64,000 nt of DNA from NCBI RefSeq assembly GCF_009914755.1, contig NC_060934.1, one strand, 5' to 3'. Below are positions 15,964 to 30,555 of the stretch, one piece after another (positions within the stretch are counted from its first letter, which is position 1; each line of letters begins with the position of its first letter). The notes beneath the pieces are model-generated. The model did not search any database and had not been told where the DNA came from. It saw only the letters and a list, made by a program, of their open reading frames with translations. Made by a program: the position numbers and the translations under genes. The stretch is from the human T2T-CHM13v2.0 reference genome, Homo sapiens.

Positions 15964-18397
15964 GTGAGAAGGCTCAGGCATTGATCAGGTGAGACTGTGA
16001 GAAGGCTCAGGCATTGATCAGGTGAGACTGTGAGAAGGCTCAGGCATTGATCAGGTGAGACTGTGAGAAGGCTCAGGCATTGATCAGGTGAGACTGTGAG
16101 AAGGCTCAGGCATTGATCAGGTGAGACTGTGAGAAGGCTCAGGCATTGATCAGGTGAGACTGTGAGAAGGCTCAGGCATTGATCAGGTGAGACTGTGAGA
16201 AGGCTCAGGCATTGATCAGGTGAGACTGTGAGAAGGCTCAGGCATTGATCAGGTGAGACTGTGAGAAGGCTCAGGCATTGATCAGGTGAGACTGTGAGAA
16301 GGCTCAGGCATTGATCAGGTGAGACTGTGAGAAGGCTCAGGCATTGATCAGGTGAGACTGTGAGAAGGCTCAGGCATTGATCAGGTGAGACTGTGAGAAG
16401 GCTCAGGCATTGATCAGGTGAGACTGTGAGAAGGCTCAGGCATTGATCAGGTGAGACTGTGAGAAGGCTCAGGCATTGATCAGGTGAGACTGTGAGAAGG
16501 CTCAGGCATTGATCAGGTGAGACTGTGAGAAGGCTCAGGCATTGATCAGGTGAGACTGTGAGAAGGCTCAGGCATTGATCAGGTGAGACTGTGAGAAGGC
16601 TCAGGCATTGATCAGGTGAGACTGTGAGAAGGCTCAGGCATTGATCAGGTGAGACTGTGAGAAGGCTCAGGCATTGATCAGGTGAGACTGTGAGAAGGCT
16701 CAGGCATTGATCAGGTGAGACTGTGAGAAGGCTCAGGCATTGATCAGGTGAGACTGTGAGAAGGCTCAGGCATTGATCAGGTGAGACTGTGAGAAGGCTC
16801 AGGCATTGATCAGGTGAGACTGTGAGAAGGCTCAGGCATTGATCAGGTGAGACTGTGAGAAGGCTCAGGCATTGATCAGGTGAGACTGTGAGAAGGCTCA
16901 GGCATTGATCAGGTGAGACTGTGAGAAGGCTCAGGCATTGATCAGGTGAGACTGTGAGAAGGCTCAGGCATTGATCAGGTGAGACTGTGAGAAGGCTCAG
17001 GCATTGATCAGGTGAGACTGTGAGAAGGCTCAGGCATTGATCAGGTGAGACTGTGAGAAGGCTCAGGCATTGATCAGGTGAGACTGTGAGAAGGCTCAGG
17101 CATTGATCAGGTGAGACTGTGAGAAGGCTCAGGCATTGATCAGGTGAGACTGTGAGAAGGCTCAGGCATTGATCAGGTGAGACTGTGAGAAGGCTCAGGC
17201 ATTGATCAGGTGAGACTGTGAGAAGGCTCAGGCATTGATCAGGTGAGACTGTGAGAAGGCTCAGGCATTGATCAGGTGAGACTGTGAGAAGGCTCAGGCA
17301 TTGATCAGGTGAGACTGTGAGAAGGCTCAGGCATTGATCAGGTGAGACTGTGAGAAGGCTCAGGCATTGATCAGGTGAGACTGTGAGAAGGCTCAGGCAT
17401 TGATCAGGTGAGACTGTGAGAAGGCTCAGGCATTGATCAGGTGAGACTGTGAGAAGGCTCAGGCATTGATCAGGTGAGACTGTGAGAAGGCTCAGGCATT
17501 GATCAGGTGAGACTGTGAGAAGGCTCAGGCATTGATCAGGTGAGACTGTGAGAAGGCTCAGGCATTGATCAGGTGAGACTGTGAGAAGGCTCAGGCATTG
17601 ATCAGGTGAGACTGTGAGAAGGCTCAGGCATTGATCAGGTGAGACTGTGAGAAGGCTCAGGCATTGATCAGGTGAGACTGTGAGAAGGCTCAGGCATTGA
17701 TCAGGTGAGACTGTGAGAAGGCTCAGGCATTGATCAGGTGAGACTGTGAGAAGGCTCAGGCATTGATCAGGTGAGACTGTGAGAAGGCTCAGGCATTGAT
17801 CAGGTGAGACTGTGAGAAGGCTCAGGCATTGATCAGGTGAGACTGTGAGAAGGCTCAGGCATTGATCAGGTGAGACTGTGAGAAGGCTCAGGCATTGATC
17901 AGGTGAGACTGTGAGAAGGCTCAGGCATTGATCAGGTGAGACTGTGAGAAGGCTCAGGCATTGATCAGGTGAGACTGTGAGAAGGCTCAGGCATTGATCA
18001 GGTGAGACTGTGAGAAGGCTCAGGCATTGATCAGGTGAGACTGTGAGAAGGCTCAGGCATTGATCAGGTGAGACTGTGAGAAGGCTCAGGCATTGATCAG
18101 GTGAGACTGTGAGAAGGCTCAGGCATTGATCAGGTGAGACTGTGAGAAGGCTCAGGCATTGATCAGGTGAGACTGTGAGAAGGCTCAGGCATTGATCAGG
18201 TGAGACTGTGAGAAGGCTCAGGCATTGATCAGGTGAGACTGTGAGAAGGCTCAGGCATTGATCAGGTGAGACTGTGAGAAGGCTCAGGCATTGATCAGGT
18301 GAGACTGTGAGAAGGCTCAGGCATTGATCAGGTGAGACTGTGAGAAGGCTCAGGCATTGATCAGGTGAGACTGTGAGAAGGCTCAGGCATTGATCAG
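15964..18397. repeat. Minisatellite/VNTR, 33-bp unit GTGAGAAGGCTCAGGCATTGATCAGGTGAGACT, 73 full units + 25-bp partial
   Basis: Unit starts at 15964, 15997 ... 18373 (exact 33-bp phase throughout); no variant units seen by eye. Confidence 0.99.
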
Positions 18398-18705
18398 CAA
18401 GGGTTTAGGTCATATTGGTAGCAACAAAAGTGATGAGAAGCTATCAGATGTCAGGTATATTTCAAAGGCAGTGTCCTCAAGGTTTTCTGAAAGATTGAAA
18501 GTAGGGTTTGAGAGAAAGAAAGAAGGCAAGGATAATTCAAAGGTTTTTGGGCCTGATAACCCTGGGAGGGTGCAGTTGTCTTTGCTGGAGGTGGAAGAGC
18601 CTGTGGGATGAACAGATTGCAGATGCCTTAGGAGGAGCTTGGTTTCAATTTGTTGAAGTTGACTAAGCCAAGAGGGCAGCTGGAACATGACCCTGGAACT
18701 ATGTG

Positions 18706-19345
18706 CAGTCGATTCTCGCTGTTCGTAGTCATCATGTTCTGTTATAGCAAATAGCTGAAAGCACTGAATTAATCAATACTGAACCATTGCTCCTAAGGGA
18801 AACACAGGCTGGGTTCCTGTGAGCCTCTGGTCACATTTTCATCAACCAATCAGTACATGACCTTTTCAGAATGTGTGTTTCTGTTTAAAGACACCTTATT
18901 GAATATATGTTATTGAATCATTAACATCGATTCACAGCCCACAGCACCGTAACTCCTGCCTGAAGGAAGCTTCTCTAACCCACCGATTTTCTCTGAAAGG
19001 CATATCACGGCTTCTTTGCTGTTAGGAAAGCTAGACAGACTTCAGCACTATGCTTGGGGCTGTTGTAAACAGGGAGATCTCCAACAAAACACAAAAATGT
19101 GAAAAACACGACACCAAATAGAGGGTGAGAAAAGACCCTCGTTTACAGTCTGAGCTGAAACATGAAGAAGGAGCACCACCTCATTCCGCCTGAGCTTGAA
19201 ACTTGCACATCAGGCAGCTCAAGTATTTGGTCACTCTATGCATGTCCACAAATGACCACAAAGTATTGATTTGGGGGTTGCAAATAACTTTTAGCCAGTA
19301 GGCAAATTTGCAGGTAGAGAATCCTTGAGTAATGAGGATCAACTA
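18706..19345 (-). mobile_element. MER82 (TcMar-Tigger) element
   Basis: cagtcgattctc...aatgaggatcaact termini; gtattgatttgggggttgcaaataa...gtaggcaaatttgca matches reverse complement of recalled MER82 start; ~640 bp. Confidence 0.7.
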
Positions 19346-19405
19346 GATTTGGGAGATGTTAATTTATGGCTGCGTTTTAAAGCCGTGAACCGGGATAGGC
19401 AATGA

Positions 19406-19949
<544 letters not shown>

Positions 19950-20824
19950 CTGGTTGAACTATTAATTAAGTGTGGTGGCCCTGTGGTCAGAGGAATGGCA
20001 GGAAGAAGGTGAAACGGGTCTTGGTAAGTACACCAGCATGATGTCCACCGTGGGGCTCGCCCCAGCCACTCACCTCCTTCCGCAGCCATGGCTTCTCCCT
20101 GCAAGGCTCTTGGGACACCATTTTGAACCTTGAGCAAAGAAACTGCTGGAAAGTTTTCCATCTGAGCAGGGCAGAGCCCAGCCCCATTTGGCAGCTGCGA
20201 GGGAGGAGGGAGAGAGAGCTGCCACTTGTGATTCAGGGACCACACTGTCCCCTGGGCCCAAGCCAGGGGCAGGACGCTGCTGTCTGTTCCCAGCCTAGCA
20301 TGGTGTCTTTGTATTTAGAAAGAAATGTGTGAATAAAGATGAGGAAAAGCTTCCATTCCCCTCAGGGCAATCTATAGGTTTATAGCTTGAGTTCAGACTT
20401 TTGATAGGTCGAAGTGTTGGTTTCAATTTGTGAATCACCATTTGATTATTATCTAAATGACTATTCAGCTGAATAGTTAATTCTGCCGACATGAAGCTAT
20501 GACTTCAATTTAAATGAGCTCTCTAACAATGAAACCGAAATTGGTGCTTTTTCCCCAAGTATCCCAATGCACAGGGTGCCTTAGGAGGAGGCAAGAGGAC
20601 TATAAGCACTTGGAACTTCACCCTTTTACATGTGGCGGCTGCCTGGATTGTACACACCCTTTGCAAGGACTGTGGCCTGTGGAGGCGGCACATCACTTCA
20701 CTGATAGCAGGAGTTGGTGGGCATCCCCATCCATGTCACTGAGATGTGGGCGGCTCATAGGGCTGGCTCTGCTAACACCAACAGGTTCTGCAGTAGATTG
20801 TGGTAGATGGGCCACACAGATTCA

Positions 20825-21156
<332 letters not shown>

Positions 21157-21709
21157 TACGGGAATGAGAGGGTTCATCAAGGGTTGGAATGACCAGGGGA
21201 AAACTCCTGGAGGACATGGATTTGGAGGAAGGGTAGGACTTGAGCAAAAGTAAGGAGAGTCACAGGTGCAGAGCAGGCAGGGGGAGCAGAGGCCCAGAGT
21301 CACGGGCTGCTTCTTGGAGGATCTGGGAGAAATGAACAGACTCACTGAGCCTCGAGAGAGGGCTGGTGGAATTGTACTTGGTGATCATTTAGGAGAAACG
21401 ATGGGCCCATCTGGTGGAAAGTGGCTCCTCAGGATACCATGGTGGCTCTCAATATGGTATTGACCAAGATTCGGAATCCATTTAATTAAGTCAAGTATAA
21501 CATTCCCCTTGGTCTCGGCAATAAGAGATAAAAGTCAGAGCTAAGGAAGTTAGTAAAATTATGTATATTGCCTGCTCAGCTGCATTAATTAAAATATCTG
21601 AATCACTGAACATCAGTAGGAAGTGACAGAAAACATCCGTATCAATCACGTAATTGACAAGACAGATGAGAAACTTCTATTTGGTGGAGGATGGCCTGTT
21701 TTCTATCTT

Positions 21710-22005
21710 TATCTTTTCTTTTTTCAAGAGACAGGGTCTCTGTCCCCCAGGCTGGAGTGCAGTGGCATGATCATAGCTCACTGCAGCCTCGATCCCCTGG
21801 GCTCAGGTGATCCTCCCACCTCAGCCTCCTGCAGAGCTGGGACTACAGGTGCACACCACCACACCTGGCTAATTTTTGAATTTTTTTGTAGAGACAGGGT
21901 CTCACTTTGTTGCTCAGGCTGGTCTTGAACTCCTGGGCTCAAGTGATCCTACTGCTTCATCCTCCCAAAGTGCTGAGATTACAGATATTAACCACTGTGC
22001 CTAGT
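21710..22005 (-). mobile_element. Alu (J-like)
   Basis: Full Alu. Confidence 0.9.
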
Positions 22006-23797
22006 TGAGAATTTTTTTTTTGAGCCTTATTCAGTGACAGTTCATCACCTAGCAGTATTTTATGTGGAGTGCACAACCACAGCCACACTATTCCATTACG
22101 GATGTCACTCAGAAATAAGAAGGAACATGTACAGCTGGTCCATCGTTCTGTCTAGAAGCAGACCTGCACCTTGATGCTTTAGATGGTGGCTGACTGTTAT
22201 GTTCCTGAGGCTGTCGGGGAAGGAATCGTTCATTTCCTTCTGGAACTTAGTTGCCATGTTGGCTGCAAAGCCACGATAGATATCTTTGGTCTAACTCGGC
22301 CTTAACTTGCCTAAAATAGTTTAAACGTGTTTCGTCTTGTTCTTCTCTAAAAGGAGATGGAGAACAGTTGGTCAACATTCTCGGTGTATTTTTTCACTGA
22401 GTTAGAGGATTGGTGTTAATTCAGGGATCACTGCACTTCTAGAAGTTGATGTGGGGCGTGGGATTATGATGAGCTCTTGGAAACCAGGGGTTCCAGCCAG
22501 CACAGTGTTGGGGCGAGGACCTCTATCCTCAAAGCCACCCAGCAGGGGACTTGAATGTAAGCGTCCTCCTCTGTCTGCCATTGATTAGATATGAAGGAGG
22601 CCTGTGCCTTTCACTTAAACTTGGGGATTCTCAGTTTCTTGTATATAAAATAAATGTGCTGGGCTAAATATCTCCTGTAAATTTTTTTTCTGGTTTTAAC
22701 ATTGTGTGTTTCTATAGACTTGTGAGTTGGCATCCTTTAAGTATGTAAATATCTACGTGTCAAGGATACTGGCCATCATTGTTCCTGTCTTCACTCCGTA
22801 CAGCCAAGAAGAAGGATTCAGTCAATGGACCTCCCCAGCGTCTGTCTTCTGAGTGATCTCGATTCTTTTCATCTTTCCCCATAGCGCCTCTGTTCCCAGT
22901 CCTTTCGTCTTCACTCCTCGATGTGGTTGCTCCCCAACAGAGCTTGCTTTTTATTTGTTTCTCACTTAAATACCATATTTTGGTCCATGACTATAAGCAT
23001 TACATCATTGTTCTCATCCTCTCCGACTGTTAGTGTCAAAACAGGGTTTTATGTAACTGAGAAATTGTCATACAGGGCACAGATGAGTAGGTGGAACATC
23101 CAGATGAGAGTTTTCTCTCTTTCTCAACAGCCACTTGGTGACAGCCCACAGCGAACATTTTATCACACCGTGGGCTGCAGCCAGACCCCCGGTGTTGGAG
23201 AGGACAGGGCCCCCTAAGTGGGGAGACTTGTAGGGCCTGCTCCTCTTCGTGGACCTGACTCATCGCACGTGGGCGACGTAAACCCAGCCTGGCTTTGAGG
23301 AGCCCCATCCCACACATGGCAGTCCCACAGAGTCGCTCTGAACACAGTGTTTTTAAGGCACTTTTCTTCCTTGTGGAATTGCTTCTTTAGATACTTGATG
23401 TGGGAGGGAGGTCACGTTTTGTCGTGGTGGGAAAGAGGGGGAGGGCAGCATTGTGGAGCTCCATTTGTTCTTTGTCATGATTAAAAACCAAAACCCTGGA
23501 ATGACTACGGCAGTCTTCTTAATCAGATTTCACAAGAAAGGCTTGACTTAAGTACAGAGTAGGCGTCACGCCGTGATCACACAGCAGGTAGGCCCCCATG
23601 GGAGACCCCAGAAGGGCCGCACAGCAGTGCCGTTTGTGGCCACATTGCTCTGAAATGCCTTCCTTGGCACAGTTGACTTCCTCCATCCCGCGGAGTTCCA
23701 AGGCCCTCCCACATTTCAAAAGCCCAGTGGCCCCAGCTTCTACTCCCTCCCCGTTCCTTAGCCTCACTCCTCCATGATTGGCTTTGGGAGCATTTAA

Positions 23798-24221
<424 letters not shown>

Positions 24222-25197
24222 TGGTGATATGTTTTTAATTTAATTGTTTTTTTTTTTTTTTTTTTTGCCATCCTGATCTATTGCTAGAGGCAATTCATTC
24301 CTCATGAATGACAGCTCTAGGTGAAGGCTGATAGAGACCAGAGAAGGAGGCTATCCCAACAGAAAAGATCAGAGCTGTCCCAAAAGCCTTCTGCTCTTCT
24401 TCTGTGACTTTGGATGGAAGACAGACTTCAGGCAGAGAACGCTCCTGTGTTTCAGCCTGATTTTTACTTGCCAACAGTCTGGATTGCAATACTGGAAACC
24501 TGGGTGAAGCAGCAGCTGTTTATCAAGATGCTCCTGGTAAAAGTCCCTCATTGTCTTAATTTTTTCTTTTTTAATATCCCTGCTGCTGCAAATTCTGCTA
24601 CTGACAGGAAGCTGACCTGACCCAGCACATTCAGTATCACCTCCTTGTCTTGATGTCATTCTTACTGAGGCCAAATTCTCTACTGAAATGTGTGTCTGGG
24701 GTTGCAACAACACGAAGCTTAATTTTATTTTTCCTGATCTTTAAGTTCTGTTTAGCATCTCTGAAAAGGCCACTGCTGGGTAGAAATGTCATCTTTCTCT
24801 CTCACTGTTTGAGAGAAATCTTCTCGTGTCTTCTCTGATACGCAGTGTCGCAAACTGTTAGAAACTTGATTACAGTTTGATTTAGTAGCTGGTGTTCCTT
24901 CCCCCACCAGCAGGGGGGGCATCGCTTCGTCCCACTTCCTGGTGGAAGTTCCTCAAGGACCGGAAGACCAGCTGTGATCTGAGCGTCTAACCCTGGACAC
25001 AGATACCTACTGGCATTGTTTACAATGAGAGGCCATGTGCAACTCTTCCAAATTGAGCTCCAGTTCTTTTCCTTGCAGGCGTAACTCTAGGACACAGTGG
25101 CATGTGCCCATCAAGACAGGAAACTGAGGCATAGGCAAGGTAATGAATCCTCTAGTTTACTGTGGCACAGAGCCCAGCCTATAATCCTGTCCTCTGA

Positions 25198-25675
<478 letters not shown>

Positions 25676-26472
25676 TGAAGGACAGAGAGGAGAGGCCACA
25701 CAGACTTCCATGGAGGTGAGCAAAGCACCCTGAACGTGGGCTTCCTAGGAGGCTAAGGGCTTCGCCGTTTCCTCCACCCTCTCAGCAGAAACTGCTTCTT
25801 GGCACGTCCTTGGGGCTCGGGAAAGGGAAAATTCTTTTCTACTTCAGAAGAGCATGAAGATTGATTACCACGAGCCCCACACCCACAAGACAGCTGCTGT
25901 CTTAGTTTCAGTCCCCTTGGTTACGCCTTGTTCTTCTCTCTTCTTTGGTAAGGAAAATGGGCAATTTAATTGTTTTAAAAACAAGATGAAAGGTTTCTGA
26001 AACTCTTTTTTTGTTTTTTTGAAGTCTCTCGAGTCTTTCCGTTCGCCAGGAATACTTGCTCTAAATCAATATAAAGTAGCTTGGTTCCCGCAAAGTGGAA
26101 TTTTCCATAAGTGGGCTGGTGGTGAGTCTCACAGTAGTAAATCCAATTATTTTGAATTTTCTACCTAGTTTTATAAAAAGCATGAGTTAATCGTGGTCTC
26201 TGAGAAGGACCACATCTCTCCACAGGGGTCTCTGATGGCTCCTTGGACACTCTGGTGAGGCTGAGTGGTTTACATGGAGCTTAACTTTTATTTACTGGTG
26301 TAAACTTGATAAGCCGATGGGATATTGTTTTGTCAGGAATAGCAAAGAAAGCTGAGTTAATAGCACCCAAGATCTGACCAGGAGGAGGTTCTGAGAGATC
26401 GTGTAACAAAGTATTTCTTTCTGCCCTTTGCCCCTAAACCTGGTAGACCCGAACTTCCTTGGAGAAAAGGTA

Positions 26473-26772
26473 TTTTTTTTTTTTTTTTTTTTGAGATGGA
26501 GTTTCACTCTTGTTGTCCAGGCTGGAGTGCAATGGCAGTCTTGGCTCACTGCAACCTCCACCTCCCAGGTTCAAGCGATTCTCTTGCCTCAGCCTCCTGA
26601 GTAGCTGGAATTACAGGCATCCACCACCGCGTCTGGCTAATTTTTGTATTTTTAGTAGAGACGGGGTTTCACCTTGTTGGTCAGGCTGGTCTCGAACTCC
26701 TGACCTCAGGTGATTCATCCTCCTTGGCCTCCCAAAGTGCTGGGATTACAGGCGTGAGCCACCGTGCCGGCC
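26473..26772 (-). mobile_element. Alu (S-like)
   Basis: TSD gagaaaaggtatt. Confidence 0.93.
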
Positions 26773-28543
26773 AGAGAAAAGGTATTAAAGGGAGAGCAAC
26801 ATGAGTGACAAGCACATTCACACACTGAGAGTTAGGGTGAATTCTGCCTCTTTTCTCCTCAAAGTTCCTGTCTGAAATCATGTGTTCATGGAAAGGTATT
26901 TAGCAAACTGCTCTTGCTTTTACCTAATACAGGTACTTGCCAATTGGCAGTTGCTTCCATTCCCAAATTCATTTGTTCCCTGTCTCTGCCCGTCCTGTGT
27001 TATTTTTTCTTGTACCTACTCACCAAAAATATTTCAGGCAGCAAAGTTGACTTGTAGCCCAGTCGTGTGGAATTTGGAAGACATTTTTCCACAGAAATAA
27101 TGGTGTGTGGCGACTAGGTTGGGTTCAGTTGAATCACCAAGTGCTGACCAATCAGGACATACGGAGATGAGAGCTCTGCCCTGCCCCTCCAGCAGCGTGA
27201 AATCTGATTTGACAGTGGGATTTATGCAGCAGTAAAGGGACATTGGAGGTACAGAGGGAGTCAGAGGAGGCCATTGTGTTACAGGATTTTGATGAATGCA
27301 CCTGGGAACCCAACCGTTGTGCCCAATGTGTGTCAACTGAGTACAGCCGCCCCCACGCTAACCCCACTCTCTGCAGCTCCAAAACGCTGGCTTTGGGCAA
27401 GCCTAAGGGATATCCTGAAGGCTGGACGTGCCGACTGGCTTGCATAGGTCCCTTGTAATATCTCCAGGTGGGTGGGTTTCCCTATAGCCACTGACAGAGC
27501 CCCCAGGGACTTTGCCTTGTCATTTGAGGGGATGTGCCTTCTGTTGTGGCTGGGCCAGGAGAATAGGCCCTTTCCTGCTTTGTCTGGAGGCTGGGGACAT
27601 CTTACACAAGCCGTGGAGCCTTTCAGTGACCGCCTGTCTTTGTTAGTAGCTCCAAATAAGCAAGAACTCAAAGCATCCCTCTTGCAGGAGGCATGGGAGC
27701 AGCAGGGAGTCCTTGTCAGGTTCCCCAATCACACGTGAATTCTGCTGCATACGATTAGAATACAATTTCTCCTTGACTAGGAAGCTCTCGGGTATCTCCA
27801 GGCAGCACTGGCCAGGAGATGGAACTGTGGCTGCGTAGTTCAGAGCCCTCATCACTTTCCGAGGCCCCGGAGGGACTGTGCTGGGCACCTCCTGGGTCTG
27901 GAAACTCGTTGGTCTTCTGCAAGTTTGGAAGCTGGATGCTGTGATTTTTTGGAATTACAGCAGAGTTCTTGCCACGCGTCATAAAACTGGTAACACAACA
28001 CTGGCCGGTTCGGCTGGTTCTCAGGCAGGAAAACTGGCGTCTGACAAGATCAGAGTGAGAAGTGGACTCTCCCAGGGCTATGTACCTCACCACAGCTGAA
28101 ACAAGAAAATGGATGGGTTGGGGGCTATGCTAGAAAGGCCGGGTGAATTCAGCAGGTTGGTGAAACAGTGCAGCTGACTGCCGATCACAGGAGGCGAGCA
28201 GGAGAGAGAACATCCTCGTGGATCTCCACGGTTTGGCCCGGTTTGGCCACCATATCAAATTATCAGGAGAGTTTTGAAAATTGCCTGAGAATGTTATATT
28301 TTCCACGAATTTCCGTGAGATGAAAAATAGCTATTTGAAGTGATCTTGGTGGGCTTTTTCAAACAATGTTTCAAAGGACCCTTGATTCCAGCAATCACAA
28401 GTGAAATTAGAATTTAGGGTATGGGTGTGTGTGCCATTATGCAATTTTAAAAATATTTCATGTTGGTGGAAATGTCATTTCCAAATCAATTTGCTTTGTC
28501 TTGTTTGCTGGGTGACATGTCACTTCTATATTCACCCTCTGGC

Positions 28544-28930
28544 TTTGTTTCCAAGCACAGTTAAGACGGTCACCAGAAGACAAATAGTTTACCCACCTCT
28601 AATTGGTTAAAAAATATTTGTATTTTGTTGGTCGATATAACACAGATAAGACACAACACCAAAAAGTGCAAGAAATGTACATTCTTGTTCATATTCTTGA
28701 CACAAATATGTAAATTTCCATTGCCAATATTGTCATCCTGATATTTACTTGTTTATAATTTAGAACTTTTCCCCCATAACAACCATAGTGTTATCCAAAG
28801 CAGAAATCTTATGTATTTTTTTATTTGTTTGTTTGTTTGTTTATTTATTTTAGAGACAGCGTCTCACTCTGTTGCCCAGGCTGGAGTGCAATGGTGCAGT
28901 CATAGCTCACTGCAGCTTCCAACTCTGGGC
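28544..28930. repeat. Local duplication, copy 1 (paralog at 29956-30555)
   Basis: Shared blocks such as cacagataagacacaacaccaaaaag, ttcttgacacaaatatgtaaat, ccaatattgtcatcctgatatttacttgt, ttatccaaagcagaaatctt. Confidence 0.92.
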
Positions 28931-28997
28931 TCAAGTGATCCTCCTGTCTTAGCCTTCCAAAATGCTGGATTATAGGCATGAGCCACTACATGTAGCC
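28815..28997 (-). mobile_element. Monomer-length old Alu (FLAM/FRAM/J-like)
   Basis: Single-arm-length element with (GTTT)n tail. Confidence 0.8.
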
Positions 28998-29116
28998 CAG
29001 GAACCTTTTCTTAACCATATGCTTGATGTCATAAACTTTACCATTTAAGCAGAGTCTCGTGTTTTAAAAATTATTTAAGTGTAGTTAGTCTGTGGCTGCA
29101 AGAATCTAAACATCTC

Positions 29117-29944
<828 letters not shown>

Positions 29945-29955
29945 TTACCCCCGCG

Positions 29956-30555
<600 letters not shown>

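Noticed and set aside
15964-18397. CRISPR-like array (33-bp repeat)
   Set aside because: Units are head-to-tail with no unique spacers, there are no cas genes, and the context is a primate intron
24905-24922. CTCF-like ccagcagggggggca
   Set aside because: G run is two bases too long, displacing the conserved C of the core motif
25848-25947. Possible 100-nt pseudo-exon (acttcag / TTG|gtaagg)
   Set aside because: Short pyrimidine tract, frame-shifting and no other support; expected by chance
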